Shown piece after piece: positions 1-8,508 of a stretch of DNA of 22,480 nucleotides (position 1 is the stretch's first letter; each line of letters begins with the position of its first letter). This DNA is from Pseudomonadota bacterium (GTDB lineage Bacteria > Bdellovibrionota > FAC87 > UBA2466). The translations under genes were made by a program, and so were the position numbers. The stretch is from positions 1-22,480 of the forward strand of contig JAYSWN010000163.1 in assembly GCA_043718025.1 (NCBI GenBank), given 5' to 3'. Below the pieces are notes generated by a model, which saw nothing but the letters and a program-made list of their open reading frames with translations, was not told the origin of the DNA and made no database searches.

Positions 1-462
1 GGTTTTTTTATAAGCCAGCCCTTCGTTCACAAAGCGGCCAAACAGCATCTGCTCCCATTTGTAGTAATTGGGCAAACAGGTCGCCAGCTCTCGGCTCCAG
101 TCGTAAGAGATGCCGATGCGTTTAAATTCGGCGCGCATTTGATCAATGTTTTGCAGCGTCCAAGTTTTAGGGTGAATGCCGCGCTGAATGGCGGCGTTTT
201 CGGCCGGCAAACCGAAAGCATCCCAGCCCATCGGCTGCAGCACGTTAAAGCCCTTCATCCGTTTGCTGCGGCTGACCAAATCGCCGATTGAGTAATTGCG
301 GATGTGCCCCATGTGGATGGCGCCGCTGGGGTAAGGAAACATGCATAGGCAGTAGTACTTAGGACGAGGGTCGTCGTCGTTTACTTTAAAGGCCTGAACG
401 TCTTCCCACTTTTTTTGCCATTTCCCCTCAATGCTTTGGGGTTGGTACTTTTCGGTCATCAT
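1..462 (-). CDS. leuS: Leucine--tRNA ligase, N-terminal part (runs off the window start)
   Basis: Missing from the ORF track because there is no stop in the window. Manual translation from ATG at 462 (or 459): [20 protein letters not shown]...[27 protein letters not shown]...[17 protein letters not shown]. This contains the HIGH-type HMGH motif and the [13 protein letters not shown] signature of bacterial LeuRS. Confidence 0.97.
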   Translation of the reverse strand, partial: MMTEKYQPQSIEGKWQKKWEDVQAFKVNDDDPRPKYYCLCMFPYPSGAIHMGHIRNYSIGDLVSRSKRMKGFNVLQPMGWDAFGLPAENAAIQRGIHPKTWTLQNIDQMRAEFKRIGISYDWSRELATCLPNYYKWEQMLFGRFVNEGLAYKKT

Positions 463-472
463 TGTGCGGGCG

Positions 473-501
473 AGTTTACCCAATGGGACTGGACTAGGCT
501 A
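473..501 (-). promoter_or_regulatory. Putative sigma70-type promoter for leuS (TAGCCT-N17-TAAACT)
   Basis: On the minus strand, -35-like TAGCCT (501-496), a 17-nt spacer, -10-like TAAACT (478-473), then GC-rich CGCCCG, about 10 nt before the ATG. Confidence 0.45.
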
Positions 502-510
502 GCTTCGATC

Positions 511-539
511 TTGCCTTGAACCGCGGCAAAAGTTACCTT
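511..539 (+). promoter_or_regulatory. Putative sigma70-type promoter for the thiolase operon (TTGCCT-N17-TACCTT)
   Basis: TTGCCT at 511-516, 17-nt spacer, TACCTT at 534-539, then CGCCCG directly before ATG at 546. Confidence 0.5.
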
Positions 540-545
540 CGCCCG

Positions 546-1724
546 ATGGAAAAAAGCGTAATTCTCTCGGCGGTTCGTACCCCCATTGGCAGTTACCTCG
601 GAGCGCTAAAAGAGGTGTCATCTCCAAAGCTTGGCGCCGTCGCCATTAAAGCCGCGGTAGAACGGGCAAAACTGTCGCCGGCCGACGTCGAAGAGGTCTT
701 AATGGGCTGCGTGCTACAGGCCGGACTTGGCCAGGCCCCGGCCCGGCAAGCCACTATTTTTGCGGGGCTGCCCACTTCGGCCCGCGCCACCACCATCCAT
801 AGGGTTTGCGGCAGCGGACTAAAGGCCGTGATGCTGGCCGATCAGGCCATTCGCTGCGGCGACGCCAAGGTGATGGTGGCCGGCGGCATGGAGAACATGA
901 GCCGCGTACCTTACCTTTTAGAGCAGGCTCGCGAGGGGTACCGCTTGGGCCACGGCAAACTGGTAGACGCCGTAATCCACGATGGGCTGTGGGACGTTTA
1001 CAACAACCAGCACATGGGCGACTGCGCTGAGCTTTGCGCTAAAGAAAAAACGTTTACCCGCGAGGCCCAAGATAAGTTTGCGGCGCTGTCATACACCCGC
1101 GCTTTAGAATCGATTAAAACTGGAAAATTTAAGGACGAAATTGTTGGCGTAGAGATTGTTTCTAAGAAAGAAACCCTGTTGTGCGAAACCGACGAAGAGC
1201 CCGGCCGCGGAAAGATTGAAAAATTTGCCGACTTGCGACCGGCCTTTCAAAAAACCGGTACGATTACCGCGGCCAACGCCAGCTCGCTGAATGACGGGGC
1301 CGCAGCATTAGTGGTGGTGAGTGAAACTTGGGCTGCCCAAAAAGGGTTGAAGCCAATGGCCCGAATTTTAGGCCAAGCAAGTTTTGCCCACGGCCCAGAG
1401 TGGTTTACCACCGCTCCGGTAGGGGCAATTAAAAAACTGATGGAGGGCACCGGATTTTCGGTCGATAAAGTTGACCTTTTTGAAATCAACGAAGCCTTTA
1501 GCGTAGTGGCTCTGGTCTGCATGAAAGAGTTGGGAATTTCGGAGAACAAAGTAAACATTCGTGGCGGCGCAGTGGCCATGGGCCACCCGATTGGGGCAAG
1601 CGGCGCAAGAATTTTAACTACGCTGCTTCACGCCCTGAAGGCAGAAAAAAAGCGGTACGGCGTGGCGGCCATTTGCATTGGCGGCGGCGAAGCTTCGGCG
1701 TTACTTGTGGAAAATTTGGCGTGA
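546..1724 (+). CDS. atoB: Acetyl-CoA C-acetyltransferase (thiolase II)
   Basis: Thiolase motifs AVRTPIG, VCGSG (nucleophilic Cys), NEAF, GHPIGASG (His) and CIGGG (second Cys). ATG at 546 (MEKSVILSAVRTP) is preferred to the TTG at 516. Confidence 0.95.
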   Translation: MEKSVILSAVRTPIGSYLGALKEVSSPKLGAVAIKAAVERAKLSPADVEEVLMGCVLQAGLGQAPARQATIFAGLPTSARATTIHRVCGSGLKAVMLADQAIRCGDAKVMVAGGMENMSRVPYLLEQAREGYRLGHGKLVDAVIHDGLWDVYNNQHMGDCAELCAKEKTFTREAQDKFAALSYTRALESIKTGKFKDEIVGVEIVSKKETLLCETDEEPGRGKIEKFADLRPAFQKTGTITAANASSLNDGAAALVVVSETWAAQKGLKPMARILGQASFAHGPEWFTTAPVGAIKKLMEGTGFSVDKVDLFEINEAFSVVALVCMKELGISENKVNIRGGAVAMGHPIGASGARILTTLLHALKAEKKRYGVAAICIGGGEASALLVENLA

Positions 1725-2038
1725 AAAAAGGGCGGGACTTAGTTTTAGGTGGCGACGCTGAGCTCGAAGCCCGCCTGCGCACGCGGGTAAAGCAGGCAAT
1801 TCGCCAGAAAAAAGATCGCAACCCAAAGCTGGCCGACGACTGGTTAACCCGTATTGAAGTGCGCCACACCGACTTTGCGATACCTGAAGCCTCGCTGTTT
1901 CTTTTACTGTTTCGCCAGTTTGAAAACGGCCCCATTCGCGGATTGCCGCAGGTAATGGAGTGGCTCAGAAAAAGTGCCGGTGGCCTTCGCAGTTTAAAAA
2001 GTGTGGTGTGTGGCATTGCCAAACGGGGCCGTAAATAG
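1721..2038 (+). CDS. Hypothetical basic protein (~105 aa)
   Basis: GTG start overlaps the thiolase stop (GTGA, 1721-1724) and its TAG overlaps the next start (TAGTG), suggesting translational coupling. No family recognised. Confidence 0.65.
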   Translation: MKKGRDLVLGGDAELEARLRTRVKQAIRQKKDRNPKLADDWLTRIEVRHTDFAIPEASLFLLLFRQFENGPIRGLPQVMEWLRKSAGGLRSLKSVVCGIAKRGRK

Positions 2039-3126
2039 TGGCAAAAATATTTCACTACCACGCCCACGCCCACTCATTTGATGCAGTGACCAACCACATG
2101 CTTAGCTTGCAAAAGTGGATGGCCGAAGTTGGCGTGCAAGGTGAGGTGTTGGCTCACCACATTCGTGGCGTCGAGGGAAAAGTAAAACCCTTTGGCTCGG
2201 TGAAATTAGCCGACGATGATTTTCTTTTTATTCATCACTCGCAGGGCAATCCAGAGTTACCCAAGGTGCTGGCATCAAACGGGCGCAAAGCGCTGGTGTA
2301 CCACAATATCACCCCACCCAAATTCTTTACGCACGACGGACTGGGCGCCAAAATGGCGAAACTGGGCCGCGATCAGCTATCGCTTTTTAAGGGCGTGGCG
2401 AAAATAATTTTTGCTGACTCGCAATTTAATGCGTTTGAAATTGAAGAGTGGGGTTTGGGCCCGGTAAAGCTTTTGCCCCTTCTAGATTTGCATTCGCTAC
2501 CGAGCCCGGTTTTTTCGCGGCGGTCGCGATCCACGACTAAACGGTTGTTATTCGTGGGGCGATTGTCACCGCACAAGGCGCAGGCCGAGCTGGTAAAAGT
2601 GCTGTACTACTTACGAAAAGAATCGGCTCTAGATTTTAGGCTCACCCTGGTGGGGTCACAAGACCCGCTTTATGGGCGTTACGTAAAAAGTTTGGCCAAG
2701 GCATTGGGCCTGGCCGGTCACGTCCATTTCTTTGAAAAGATTGAAGACGCTGCCCTGCAAAAAATTTACAGCGAGAGCGATGCCTTTGTTTCGTTGAGCC
2801 GCCACGAGGGGTTTGGCATTCCGTTAACCGAGGCCATTCGTTTTGGCGTGCCGGTTTTTGCGTTGTGGCGAGCCGCCGTAAACGAAACCATGGGTGGCGC
2901 GGGCGTTGGTTTTTTAACCACCAAACCGCACCGGGTGGCCGAAATCGTGCGGCAGTCGCTTCTAGATCCAGAAATTTTAGAAGCGATTCTTAAAGGGCAA
3001 CAAGAGCAGTGGAAACGCTTGTGCCGGCTACAGAGTAAAAAAGTGGCCCAGAAGGCACTGTGCCGGCTGCTTAAAATCAACGCTGAATCCCCCCCGGAGA
3101 CTACTGCATGGAACGAAGCCACCTAA
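2038..3126 (+). CDS. Glycosyltransferase family 4 (GT-B fold)
   Basis: YHNITPP motif, LLFVGRLSPHK, and the SRHEGFGIPLTEA (E-x7-E) signature of retaining GT4 enzymes. Confidence 0.93.
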   Translation: MAKIFHYHAHAHSFDAVTNHMLSLQKWMAEVGVQGEVLAHHIRGVEGKVKPFGSVKLADDDFLFIHHSQGNPELPKVLASNGRKALVYHNITPPKFFTHDGLGAKMAKLGRDQLSLFKGVAKIIFADSQFNAFEIEEWGLGPVKLLPLLDLHSLPSPVFSRRSRSTTKRLLFVGRLSPHKAQAELVKVLYYLRKESALDFRLTLVGSQDPLYGRYVKSLAKALGLAGHVHFFEKIEDAALQKIYSESDAFVSLSRHEGFGIPLTEAIRFGVPVFALWRAAVNETMGGAGVGFLTTKPHRVAEIVRQSLLDPEILEAILKGQQEQWKRLCRLQSKKVAQKALCRLLKINAESPPETTAWNEAT

Positions 3127-3677
3127 CCCAGCTGTGGGATAAGTACGAATCTTATTGGGGAGAAAGCGAAACCGTTTCTAAGTTTAGAGAACTGTCGGCC
3201 GGCGATGAACGTATTGCCGATCGCGACTGTTTTCCGGCGCACCTCACCGCATCGGCCGTGGTGGTGACGCCTGATTTTTCAAAGGTGCTGCTTACCCACC
3301 ATCGCAAGCTAAAAAAATGGCTGCAATTGGGGGGGCATACCGACGGCAGCTTCGATTTGGCCGAAACGGCGCTACGCGAAACGGTAGAAGAGTCAGGCCT
3401 TGAAAAGGTAAAAATCTTTTCGTGGAAAACCGATGACGACCGCCCCATTCTCGATCTTGATTCGCACTACATCCCCGAAGGAAAAGAGCCGGCCCATTGG
3501 CATTACGATGTGCGTTACATCGTAGTGGCCGAGGAGCCCGACAAGATTACCGTTTCTGAAGAGTCGATTGACCTTAAGTGGTTTACCCGCGAAGAGGCCG
3601 CCGAGCTGTGCCAAGACACCAGTGTGGTGAGACTAATGCGAAAGCTCGACGACCTGGCCCAAAAAGCCTTACAATAG
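3108..3677 (+). CDS. NUDIX hydrolase
   Basis: HLTASAVVV...VLLTHHRKLKKWLQLGGH followed by the Nudix box ETALRETVEESGL, and HWHYDVRY. Confidence 0.93.
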   Translation: MERSHLTQLWDKYESYWGESETVSKFRELSAGDERIADRDCFPAHLTASAVVVTPDFSKVLLTHHRKLKKWLQLGGHTDGSFDLAETALRETVEESGLEKVKIFSWKTDDDRPILDLDSHYIPEGKEPAHWHYDVRYIVVAEEPDKITVSEESIDLKWFTREEAAELCQDTSVVRLMRKLDDLAQKALQ

Positions 3678-3681
3678 TGCA

Positions 3682-4218
3682 ATGACGCACCTCAGTCTGT
3701 TTCTAGCCATTGGCTCGCTGCTTTTTGTGGCAACCACAACTCCCGCGCTTGGCGAGGCGACCGGCGAAAGCCATTCGAAAGTGACTCTCGGAGAGTCAAA
3801 TATCGAGGGCACTTCGATTTCAAACATTACCGTGCAGATAAGCGACCCTGGCTCGGTGTTAAGCAATGGTTACACACCGGCGGTTACCTCTTTGGGGCGC
3901 CCTGAAACTCCGGCGCCAGTGCTTAACCCCTACAACGTAAACCTTGGTGGCGAAGAAAAAAAATCGAGCACCACCGAAGTTAAATTCGGCGTGAGTGTTG
4001 GCGGCAAAGACGGTTTGATGACTTCAAATGTGGGTAGTGGCGACATAGTAGAATCGGTCACGTTACCCGACGGCACCACGATAAAAAATCCACGAAAAGA
4101 AAATGGCCTGCCACTAACAAAGGCAGAGTTCGCCAACCTAGCGCGCGGCAACCCCAAGAGTATTGGTTTGAGCAACGGCACCACCTTAGGCACGCCATCG
4201 TGCCCCCAGGGTGGCTGA
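3682..4218 (+). CDS. Hypothetical secreted protein
   Basis: Hydrophobic N-terminal signal peptide (LSLFLAIGSLLFVATTTPALG) and a Ser/Thr/Gly-rich mature part; starts 4 nt after the NUDIX stop. Confidence 0.7.
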   Translation: MTHLSLFLAIGSLLFVATTTPALGEATGESHSKVTLGESNIEGTSISNITVQISDPGSVLSNGYTPAVTSLGRPETPAPVLNPYNVNLGGEEKKSSTTEVKFGVSVGGKDGLMTSNVGSGDIVESVTLPDGTTIKNPRKENGLPLTKAEFANLARGNPKSIGLSNGTTLGTPSCPQGG

Positions 4219-4252
4219 AGCACTAACTAAGGGCATCCGGGTGATGCTCAAA

Positions 4253-4813
4253 ATGAAAAATAAAATGACCTTAAAAAAAGTTTTGGTAACCATGGGGTTT
4301 ATGCTGGCCGCACTGGCGACGGGCGAAATTCCCAGTGTCAACGCCGCGCCAATCGCCGCCATTTTAAAACCTGACTTTGTGCCAAAGAATTTGCGCGACT
4401 ACGATGACAAGCCCATCGCGATTTTGATGGAGGTTGAAAAGCAGCGCGAAATTTATGCCCTTCGACCAAAGGCCACGCAAATTAGCGCCTCGTCTTTTTT
4501 ACCCAATCGGGTCTACTTGTACTACCTGCCCAAAGAGCAGCGCTGGCATCAGGTGCTTACCGACGGTTACGGAAAATTGAATTTAAATCCACTCGAAGTC
4601 TTGCGCGCCAGCACCACGTTGCCCGGTTCCAGTGTCGGGGCAAAAAACCCCTCACAACGCTACATGCTGGGGCACGACAAACTTTGGCTGCCTACGTTTA
4701 AAAAAGAGCGCTATGAATTTTGGGTGACCAGCAATCCTCCGTTAGCCAAGTACGTAGAATTTGAACCGCTGGCCAAGCCTACGTCGCCGGAAAAGAGTGG
4801 TGAAAAAAAATGA
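4253..4813 (+). CDS. Hypothetical secreted protein, paralog of 4810-5307
   Basis: Signal-peptide-like N-terminus (MTLKKVLVTMGFMLAALA...VNA). Shares LPNRVY, LE.L, PG..GA.NP.QRY.L and LW.PT with the next gene. Start is uncertain (4211/4244/4253/4265). Confidence 0.8.
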   Translation: MKNKMTLKKVLVTMGFMLAALATGEIPSVNAAPIAAILKPDFVPKNLRDYDDKPIAILMEVEKQREIYALRPKATQISASSFLPNRVYLYYLPKEQRWHQVLTDGYGKLNLNPLEVLRASTTLPGSSVGAKNPSQRYMLGHDKLWLPTFKKERYEFWVTSNPPLAKYVEFEPLAKPTSPEKSGEKK

Positions 4814-5307
4814 GGCGCCTTTTACTGTCAGCTTTTTTAACAGTGACGGCGGCCTACTCAGAGCCGCTGCCGTCGTTTGCGAAGAGCCGTTTGTTGTCGC
4901 CATTTCAGATTGCCAATGATGGCTCTGCCCCGGCCCCCATGCTTTTAGACATTACTAAGGGGCAAGGGAATTTAACTCGGTCAGAGGGCCGTTACCTACC
5001 CAATCGGGTGTACGGCATTTATCACAAGGCTGCCAAGGCGTGGGTTTATACGTTAACCACTTTTCATGGCGAACTGCCGAAGCCGCTCGAACTGCTCTAT
5101 AAGGGCACGGTAGCGCCGGGAAACTACATTGGCGCGGCAAACCCTTTGCAGCGTTATAAGCTAAGCAACAATTACCTATGGGTGCCGACGGACGAGCGCG
5201 AAACTTATTTAACGATGATCCCCGAGCGCCCGGGAGAAGTAAAACGCGTAACCTACCTGCAACCGCCGGCGCATCGTGATTTGTATGACGAGACGATAAA
5301 AAAGTGA
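4810..5307 (+). CDS. Hypothetical secreted protein, paralog of 4253-4813
   Basis: ATGA overlap with the upstream stop, signal peptide MRRLLLSAFLTVTAAYS, and motifs shared with the upstream gene. Confidence 0.8.
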   Translation: MRRLLLSAFLTVTAAYSEPLPSFAKSRLLSPFQIANDGSAPAPMLLDITKGQGNLTRSEGRYLPNRVYGIYHKAAKAWVYTLTTFHGELPKPLELLYKGTVAPGNYIGAANPLQRYKLSNNYLWVPTDERETYLTMIPERPGEVKRVTYLQPPAHRDLYDETIKK

Positions 5308-5440
5308 ATTTCCCGCCCTTCCAAAAAAAATCGAACGCAACGCAGAATAATTGAAATTAAATGAGCTGGTCTGCAAGCGGCTGCGCGTAAAGGGGTGAAG
5401 GGTAAGTTGCTCTTCACAACAAGGTAACTAAGGAGACTTT

Positions 5441-5944
5441 ATGAAATCGCTTTTGAAGCTTGGTCTAGTGCTCTCGGCATTTGGTTTAAGTGCGGCTGGT
5501 TACAGTGAAAATGCCCCTACCACCTGCCTTATTCAGACCGCCAACGGACGTTACCTAACGGCGGTGGGTGGTGGCGGACGGGTTAACGACGTAATTCATT
5601 CTGACGCTACCAAAGGGCTGGCCTGGGAAAAGCTCACTCTGGTTGATTCGGGTGCGGGAACGCCAAACATCACCTACGGCATCAGAACGGTGAAAGGCTA
5701 CTACCTTACCGCCGTAGACGGTGGGGGGCGCATTCAAAACGTGATGCATTCGAATGCGACGCAATTGCGCGATTGGGAGCAGTTTCAGCTGATTTCCTTA
5801 GCCAATGGGTATTACGCCATCAAAACGTTTCGCGGCACCTATTTAACCGCGGTAGGGGGTGGCGGCCGAATCACCGACGTGATTCACTCCGACGCAAAAC
5901 GCATCGGCGCGTGGGAAAAATTTAAACTCAAATGCGGACTCTGA
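5441..5944 (+). CDS. Secreted fascin-like (actin-crosslinking-type) beta-trefoil domain protein
   Basis: Strong RBS (AAGGAG) and a signal peptide. Three ~45-aa repeats I.T..G.YLTAV.GGGR...V.HS.A.....WE.(F/L).L, typical of bacterial fascin-like trefoils. Confidence 0.85.
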   Translation: MKSLLKLGLVLSAFGLSAAGYSENAPTTCLIQTANGRYLTAVGGGGRVNDVIHSDATKGLAWEKLTLVDSGAGTPNITYGIRTVKGYYLTAVDGGGRIQNVMHSNATQLRDWEQFQLISLANGYYAIKTFRGTYLTAVGGGGRITDVIHSDAKRIGAWEKFKLKCGL

Positions 5945-5966
5945 TTCCTTAGCCATTTGAATAGAC

Positions 5967-5991
5967 CAAAGGCCGGCAATGCCGGCCTTTG
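5967..5991. terminator. Palindromic hairpin / likely intrinsic terminator (copy 1)
   Basis: CAAAGGCCGGCA-A-TGCCGGCCTTTG: perfect 12-bp arms starting 23 nt after the stop at 5944. Confidence 0.75.
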
Positions 5992-6134
5992 CATTTGGGC
6001 ACACACTGTGCCCTTTCCCTTTTCATACGACGATAGATGGCGGCTTTACAGTTGTCCCCCTAAACGCGTCGCGTTAAATCAGGGCTCTGAATAAGCATGC
6101 CCCTCAGCCGGGCATAAAAATAGGAAGTTCTACC

Positions 6135-7262
6135 ATGCGTCTCATTCTCTTAGGCTTAACTGCCTTCTCCAGTTCACTCCTTTGGGCCAACCAATGCAGC
6201 TGGGAGCTGCTTAAGGCGGGTGAGGTAACAACACGGCTCGCGGCGCTAACAACGAAGCCACGTGCCTACGCTAAGTTTTTGAATGACGCCGGAACCGTTG
6301 AAGTGCGCCATTTAACTCGCGCCATAGCACCGCCGCCAAAGCCCGGAACGGTGGCGGGATTTCAGATTTTTCCTGCCGGCGAATACCTATTTACGGTCAC
6401 CGCTCGGAAGGGCGGAAAGATGGCCTATTTCGTCATTCAGACCGAAGGCACCGTGCCCCATATTAGTCCGGTGGATCCGGGAAAAACGAAGGTCAATGGC
6501 AGTATTCGCGAGACCGATGAAACGGGTGACGACACCTTATCCGAATTACTTCCATCCGAACAAAGCGCGTTGCTTGGTTTTTTATTGGCGCAGTGGGGAA
6601 CGCCGGTGGCGTTGACGGCAGCGAAGGAGCAAGAAAGCGCCAACGCGTCAGTCAAAATTGGCGCACGGCCACTTTTTCTTAACGCGCTTGCCGCAGTGTA
6701 CGCCAACGGCACTGTGAAGAAACTTAAGGATTTGGCAGTCGCTAAGCCGGGCGTTGCGGAAACCGCAAACCTTCCTGAATCGGTGGCGTCGATCTTAACT
6801 GGAACAAAATTCTCGTTTAATCACACCACCCGCAGCTTAAGTCCAGTGACGGAGCCCGTCGATGCCACGGTTGAGGGGTTTCAAGTGTTTGGGGCCGGCT
6901 CTCATCGATTGGAGTTCACAGATTCGAAAGGCCTCATTAAGAAATTTTACGTTATCACCGAAGGTAATCCACTCTCCCATTTGGCGGAAGTCGATCCTGG
7001 GGTAACTCAAGTGAATGGTTCTATTTTTCTTGTCGATAACAGTTCAGAAAACCCCGCCTCGGCAAAATTTACCCAGGCGTTATTAGGTAAGTTGCTCAGC
7101 GCCATCATCGAAACGTGGGGCAAGCCTTCTGACTATAGGCGGGTCGATCGCAGTCAAGAGGCGGGGATCGACGTTGCCGCCCGAAAAGAGTTCGTAAACG
7201 CCTTGGCCGCCATCTACGCCAACGGCAACGTCGAAAGGTTGAACGCGATAGTAAATCCTTAA
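6135..7262 (+). CDS. Hypothetical secreted protein made of two tandem homologous ~150-aa domains
   Basis: Signal peptide MRLILLGLTAFSSSLLWA. Duplicated motifs TV.GFQ.F.AG, VDPG.T.VNGSI, WG.P and F.NALAA.YANG.V. Confidence 0.85.
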   Translation: MRLILLGLTAFSSSLLWANQCSWELLKAGEVTTRLAALTTKPRAYAKFLNDAGTVEVRHLTRAIAPPPKPGTVAGFQIFPAGEYLFTVTARKGGKMAYFVIQTEGTVPHISPVDPGKTKVNGSIRETDETGDDTLSELLPSEQSALLGFLLAQWGTPVALTAAKEQESANASVKIGARPLFLNALAAVYANGTVKKLKDLAVAKPGVAETANLPESVASILTGTKFSFNHTTRSLSPVTEPVDATVEGFQVFGAGSHRLEFTDSKGLIKKFYVITEGNPLSHLAEVDPGVTQVNGSIFLVDNSSENPASAKFTQALLGKLLSAIIETWGKPSDYRRVDRSQEAGIDVAARKEFVNALAAIYANGNVERLNAIVNP

Positions 7263-7318
7263 GGGAAAAGGGTAGCCAAACGGGCAACTCCTGATTCGCG
7301 TAATAAAAAAGAATTGAG

Positions 7319-7347
7319 CAAAGGCCGGCACTGCCGGCCTTTTTTTT
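7319..7347 (+). terminator. Intrinsic terminator (copy 2 of the same hairpin)
   Basis: CAAAGGCCGGCA-C-TGCCGGCC followed by T8. Confidence 0.8.
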
Positions 7348-7404
7348 GCCCTAAGCACTGGGGTAAGGTGACGTTTGCGATTGAGTTGAGCTAAAACCCC
7401 AAAA

Positions 7405-8508
7405 ATGAAAATTCCTCCGTTTGCCTTAGAACGCTACTTTGCCCAGCATGAATTTACCGCGCCGTACATGCTGTGCGCTTCGGACTGCGAGTCTATTTCG
7501 TTAAAAGAGCTGCTTGATTACGAGCCCACCGCCCGCACCAATTTTGAAAAGCTGTGGTTGGGCTATAGCGAATCTCTAGGTAGCGAGCCTTTACGGGAGA
7601 TCATCGCCGGCACTTACGAAACTATGACTAAGCACCAGGTGCTGGTGCACGCCGGGGCCCAAGAGGCGATTTTTAGTTTTATGAACATGGTTTTAGAGCG
7701 TGGTGATCACGTGATTGTGCATTGGCCCTGCTACCAGTCGCTGTTTCAGATTGCCGAAACGCTAGGTTGCGAAGTCACAAAATGGGAGGGCGACTCAAAA
7801 AACGGCTGGGAACTTGATGTCGATTTCCTGAGGAAACAGATCAAGCCCAACACCAAGGCGGTGATTTTAAATACCCCGCACAACCCCACTGGCTATTTAA
7901 TGCCGCGCCACAAGTTGGATGAGGTGGTGCGTGTGGTGCAGAGCGTGGGCTGTTTTTTATTTATGGATGAGGTTTATAAGGGGCTTGAGTATGACGAAAC
8001 ACAGCGGCTGCCGTCAGCGTGCGATGTTTACGAAAACGGAGTGTCGTTGGGGGTGATGTCTAAGAACATGGGCCTGGCGGGTTTGCGGGTGGGGTGGATT
8101 GCTACCAAGAATAAGCAGCTATACGACGACATGGCGGCGTTTAAAGACTACACCACCATCTGCACCAGTGCGCCGAGCGAGTTTTTAACGACGCTGGCGT
8201 TACGGCACCGCGAGAAAATTATCGGGCGAAATCGTGAAATCATTGCGACTAACTTGGGGCACTTAACGACGTTCATGCAAAAACACTCGGCCCTTTTTAC
8301 GTGGGTAAAACCAAAGGCCGGCTGCATTGCGTTTCCACAGTTACTCGAGGGCACGGCCGACGAGTTTTGTGCGACGGCGCTGAAGCGCTCGGGCGTGCTG
8401 TTGGCCCCGGGGTCAAAGTTTGGCTATGCCGGCGAGGGTTTTAGGTTGGGCTTTGGGCGGCGGGGGTTTGTGGAATGCCTGAATAAGCTTGGCGAGTTAA
8501 CGAAGTAG
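7405..8508 (+). CDS. PLP-dependent aminotransferase class I/II-fold enzyme
   Basis: NTPHNPTG, FMDEVY, MSKNMGLAGLRVGW (PLP-binding Lys) and C-terminal FRLGFG motifs. Confidence 0.93.
   Translation: MKIPPFALERYFAQHEFTAPYMLCASDCESISLKELLDYEPTARTNFEKLWLGYSESLGSEPLREIIAGTYETMTKHQVLVHAGAQEAIFSFMNMVLERGDHVIVHWPCYQSLFQIAETLGCEVTKWEGDSKNGWELDVDFLRKQIKPNTKAVILNTPHNPTGYLMPRHKLDEVVRVVQSVGCFLFMDEVYKGLEYDETQRLPSACDVYENGVSLGVMSKNMGLAGLRVGWIATKNKQLYDDMAAFKDYTTICTSAPSEFLTTLALRHREKIIGRNREIIATNLGHLTTFMQKHSALFTWVKPKAGCIAFPQLLEGTADEFCATALKRSGVLLAPGSKFGYAGEGFRLGFGRRGFVECLNKLGELTK

Noticed and set aside
27..221. 64-aa minus-strand ORF in the track
   Set aside because: Out-of-frame shadow inside leuS, which occupies another minus-strand frame.
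7405..8508. Aminotransferase as a CqsA/LqsA-like autoinducer synthase for the kinase cassette
   Set aside because: Its motifs are class I type (NPTG, DEVY, SK..GL.GLRVGW), not the AONS/class II type of CqsA, and it lies outside the low-GC island.
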